Shown here: positions 60,969 through 64,000 of the stretch, piece after piece
How the letters are laid out: each line of letters opens with the position of its first letter
How positions within the stretch are numbered: position 1 is the first letter of the stretch
DNA from: Bdellovibrio sp.
GTDB lineage: Bacteria; Myxococcota; SpSt-1050
Reading direction: 5' to 3'
DNA: 64,000 nt
Assembly: GCA_020725805.1 (NCBI GenBank)
Contig: DYEF01000065.1
Span: 40,349 to 104,348, forward strand
Position numbers and translations under genes: made by a program
The notes under the pieces: model-generated
What the model saw: the letters and a program-made list of their open reading frames with translations, nothing else
The model's database searches: none
Told to the model about the DNA's origin: nothing

Positions 60969-63900
60969 CTATTTTCTTTCAAGCACAATGACCGAGTTCG
61001 AATAACCCTTCTCCCCGTCTCCGTCGAAATCAAAAGGAATTGCCTCGCAGTTGTAGATATCTCCCTTCTTCACGAGTCTGCCCGGAACAGATGCAGAGGT
61101 AGTGGCAAAATTCATCATCTGCCCGTTTTTATACCACAGGAACTTATATTTTATTTCGTCCTTTTCTATATCCTCGGACGGTTTGACAATCCTGCACACG
61201 AGTTCATCTCCCTCGAACGGATACTGCGGTTCGAGTTTTACGGACGGGGCAAGAGGCCGCTTATTCTTGACATTGACATAAACCTCGGAAAATTCGCTCT
61301 TCAGTTCGCCGTCACTCGCAAACACATTGCAGGTATACTTATTCCCTCTCAGTACTTCATCGCCCGCAATCTTGCTGACATTCTCCTTAAACGGCTTTTC
61401 ATTCTTCTTCCAGCTGAAGGTGTAAGTAATCTTATCCTTATCGACATCAGTACTGTCGGTTGCAATGATACAGGTGAGTTCATCCTTTGTATGCGGTTCT
61501 TCCGGCAGAATCTTTACCTGAGGTTTCTCCGGCCGGGAGTTCAGAATGACTACTTCGGGGCTCTTTGCACTTACAACATACTCACCGTCAGTCCCCGTAA
61601 TCTCACAGTAGACCTTGTCACCCTTCTTGAAATATCCTTTTTGCAATACATTCTCTTCGGTAGTGACAAACTGAACGGAATTTCTGTACCATACATACTT
61701 TGTCTTTATGTTATCACCGTCAGCATCTGTAACCTGTTTTACAATCTTACAGGTAATATCACTGAGAAATGTCGGATTCTTCGGCTCAATCTCAACCGCA
61801 GGCGAAGTCGGCGGGGCATTCTTGATATAGGTAGAGACCTCAGCAGAATCTCCTTCTGACTCACCGTCAAACGGTATAACCCGGACAAGTACATTCTGGT
61901 ATTTTGCAAAACTGACAGGCAACAGCTCGGTCTTCTCTCTGTTTGCCTCAATCTCTTTCCCGTCCACAAACCATCTTATTCTGTATTCAACCTTATCTCC
62001 GTCGATATCAGCCGAAGGCTTTACAATTTTGACCCTGAGGCTGCTGTTTTTATCGACCGGGGCTGTTTCAAATGCTATCTCGGGCTTCGAGGGAACTGAA
62101 TTTCTGACCTCGAAGGCAATCCCGTTTGCCGGAGATTTATCAGTGCCGTCAAAGGCATAAACCCTGATATTCCACTTTTCATGCTTCTTCAGGGGGTATC
62201 CCTTTGAGTCGAGTTTATCATCGAGATTCTGTACCCTCTTTGTCCCCTGATACCACTCCGTCTTATAGACCAGAGTATCGCCGTCCGGGTCCTTTGATTC
62301 CTTTTCGATGATTATTTTTGCCTCATCCTGAGTCGTGAGCACGCTCTTTAATATATGGACCACAGGGGCCGAAGGTACGGCATTGAGTATACGGGTCTCG
62401 GTTGATGCCGCCTTCCCTTCCGAAATTCCATCACCGGGGAAGACCTCAACCTTTATACTATCTCCTTTTTTGAAGAACTTCGGTAAAAGGATACTACCGG
62501 ATGCATCACTGATAAGACTCCCGTTCTTATACCATACATACCTGTAAGTTACTGCGTCTCCGTCATAATCCAGAGAAGGCTTACTCACAAATGCCTTAAG
62601 TTCCGACTCGACTGTCGGATTCTTTGGCAGTAACGAAACCTCCGGCGCAAGAGGCGTTGAATTTACAATCTTTACTGTCTTATACATCTCCTGTGAATAC
62701 AGTTCTCCGTCATACGCCCTGACACCTATCTTTACCTCCTGATTTTTCTTGAAGAAGCCCTTCGGATATTTGCCGCTCAGGAAATCATAGGGTATAAATA
62801 TTCCGTCGAGCCATAAATTATAAACATATTTGAGATTATCCTTATCTATATCGGATGAAGGCTTTGTTATTTTGACTTCGATATCGCTAATTACAGAGGG
62901 ATTTTGCGGGAGAATGTCGAATTCACAGGGTGTCGGGGCAGTATTTCTGACCACAAACTCGATATTGGCCGATTTCCCGGTCTCCTCTCCGTCGAAAGGT
63001 GTCACTATTACCGATATCCTGTCATTCTTGAATACATCAGCGGGATCTATATAATTCTGGCTTTCGGGATACTCGAGTTTACGGTTATTTCTGAAGAAAG
63101 AATACCTGTAGCTTACCTTATCATTGTCATAATCGGTCGAATCCTTCGTAATCTTCACCTCTACCTTATTGGCCGTGAAGACCTCTTTAGGAAGAATCTC
63201 GACCTGCGGCGAGTCAGGAATGACATTCTGTATTTCGATCTCTCTGGTTTTAACTATTTTGGCGCCGGCCCCGCTTCCGTACTCTTTGAAGTTCTCTTCA
63301 TCCTGAATCTCTGCATACAACTTGTCGTGTTTTTTGAAATATTTCGGTTCAATAACCCTCTTGCCGTCCAGTTCCTCCATACGTTTGCCGTTCTTATACC
63401 AGAATATTTTGGTATTCTGCTCTGCCCTGCCGTCCAGATGAAAGTAACTGTATTTCAACCTGAGGCTCTCATTGGAAAAAACCTTTTCGGACTCGAATCC
63501 CGCATCGTATATTCTCGCCGCATTGGGGAAAAATCTTCCGGTCTTCTGCGAATCCCTGCCCGCCATCTGCCATATCAATTTTGATTTCTTCTCACACTTG
63601 TTTACTGCTACCAGAGAGTGCAGTTCGGACTTCGGGGATAAAAAGAGCATCTCTATCCTGCTGTCATTGTCGATATCATCGATAATAGGTGAAGATTTGA
63701 GTTCACCACCAAGGATATAAGGGAAATCCTCGATTGTCTTACCTTTGCCGTTTAAGGCATAGATTCTGCCGTCAGTCGCCGGAAAGACTATCTCCATAAG
63801 ACCATCGCAGTTGATATCACCCACTACCGGTGATGCAAATATCTTGCTCCCGGTATCATAAGGGAAGCCGTTTTTGACTTTCCCTTTATAGTCAGTCACA

Positions 63901-64000
63901 TATAATTTCCCGTCTGTCGAGCCAACCACAATGTCCAGAAAACCGTCGAGGTCTATATCCGCTATTGCCGGTGAACCGTGAATCCTGTAACCAGTTTCAA
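60969..64000 (-). CDS. very large cell-surface protein with FG-GAP/VCBS-like repeats followed by at least 9 tandem ~90-aa Ig-like repeats; the 5' end lies beyond the window
   Basis: The reading frame stays open from 63929 to 64000, reading ...TGYRIHGSPAIADIDLDGFLDIVVGSTDGKLYV (FG-GAP). Repeated modules then contain a Y-x-[WF]-x-K/R-N-G core (KYKFLWYKNGQMM, TYRYVWYKNGSLI, KTKYVWYRNSVQF, EYRIRWFVDGKEI and others). Confidence 0.7.
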   Translation of the reverse strand, partial: ETGYRIHGSPAIADIDLDGFLDIVVGSTDGKLYVTDYKGKVKNGFPYDTGSKIFASPVVGDINCDGLMEIVFPATDGRIYALNGKGKTIEDFPYILGGELKSSPIIDDIDNDSRIEMLFLSPKSELHSLVAVNKCEKKSKLIWQMAGRDSQKTGRFFPNAARIYDAGFESEKVFSNESLRLKYSYFHLDGRAEQNTKIFWYKNGKRMEELDGKRVIEPKYFKKHDKLYAEIQDEENFKEYGSGAGAKIVKTREIEIQNVIPDSPQVEILPKEVFTANKVEVKITKDSTDYDNDKVSYRYSFFRNNRKLEYPESQNYIDPADVFKNDRISVIVTPFDGEETGKSANIEFVVRNTAPTPCEFDILPQNPSVISDIEVKITKPSSDIDKDNLKYVYNLWLDGIFIPYDFLSGKYPKGFFKKNQEVKIGVRAYDGELYSQEMYKTVKIVNSTPLAPEVSLLPKNPTVESELKAFVSKPSLDYDGDAVTYRYVWYKNGSLISDASGSILLPKFFKKGDSIKVEVFPGDGISEGKAASTETRILNAVPSAPVVHILKSVLTTQDEAKIIIEKESKDPDGDTLVYKTEWYQGTKRVQNLDDKLDSKGYPLKKHEKWNIRVYAFDGTDKSPANGIAFEVRNSVPSKPEIAFETAPVDKNSSLRVKIVKPSADIDGDKVEYRIRWFVDGKEIEANREKTELLPVSFAKYQNVLVRVIPFDGESEGDSAEVSTYIKNAPPTSPAVEIEPKNPTFLSDITCKIVKQVTDADGDNIKTKYVWYRNSVQFVTTEENVLQKGYFKKGDKVYCEITGTDGEYVVSAKSPEVVILNSRPEKPQVKILPEEPHTKDELTCIIATDSTDVDKDKITYTFSWKKNEKPFKENVSKIAGDEVLRGNKYTCNVFASDGELKSEFSEVYVNVKNKRPLAPSVKLEPQYPFEGDELVCRIVKPSEDIEKDEIKYKFLWYKNGQMMNFATTSASVPGRLVKKGDIYNCEAIPFDFDGDGEKGYSNSVIVLERK

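Noticed and set aside
60924-61859. 311-aa plus-strand ORF (and a 226-aa ORF at 62904..63584) opposite the large repeat-protein gene
   Set aside because: They are generated by the repetitive, compositionally biased adhesin coding sequence. They show no homology signal and are hydrophobic and low-complexity.

Overview
The window is a gene-dense bacterial chromosomal segment of about 40% GC with AGA/ATA-rich codon usage. It looks like core genome: there are no transposases, integrases, CRISPR arrays, tRNA or rRNA genes. Most genes are on the minus strand and are tightly packed, often with 1-23 nt overlaps.

Genes I can support from their protein sequences:
- The 5' part of topA with dprA directly upstream.
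- An operon of ComEA-like, aspartokinase-like, Ppx/GppA and aminotransferase genes.
- A long-form acyl-CoA dehydrogenase.
- A MraY/WecA-like glycosyltransferase, rimO, and a LolA plus FtsX-permease plus ABC-ATPase (Lol-like) locus.
- A radical SAM + FAD oxidoreductase + TPR/cNMP-binding cluster.
- Archaeal-type myo-inositol-1-phosphate synthase, followed by a translationally coupled PilZ - rhomboid - small membrane protein - B12-binding radical SAM operon.
- fmt-def-priA, sppA, a GlcD-like FAD oxidase and an M23 peptidase.
- An F1Fo ATP synthase operon in the order b-prime, b, delta, alpha, gamma, beta, epsilon, with no a or c subunit here.
- A PAS/GAF hybrid histidine kinase, yjbQ, and several large secreted proteins or lipoproteins. 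These are a Cys-rich repeat protein, a lamin-tail/Big_2 protein, a beta-propeller-phosphoesterase fusion, a thermolysin/fungalysin-like metalloprotease, and a more-than-986-aa FG-GAP protein with tandem Ig-like repeats that runs off the window end.

The lipobox-acidic-tract signatures and the Lol components suggest a diderm bacterium, possibly of the FCB group. That is inference only.

The most system-like unexplained arrangement is the PilZ-rhomboid-membrane-B12 radical SAM operon downstream of the inositol-phosphate synthase. Other points worth a second look are a 390-nt repeat-bearing non-coding region next to fmt, two genes with very recent internal tandem duplications, and a 700-bp AT-rich ORF-free region.
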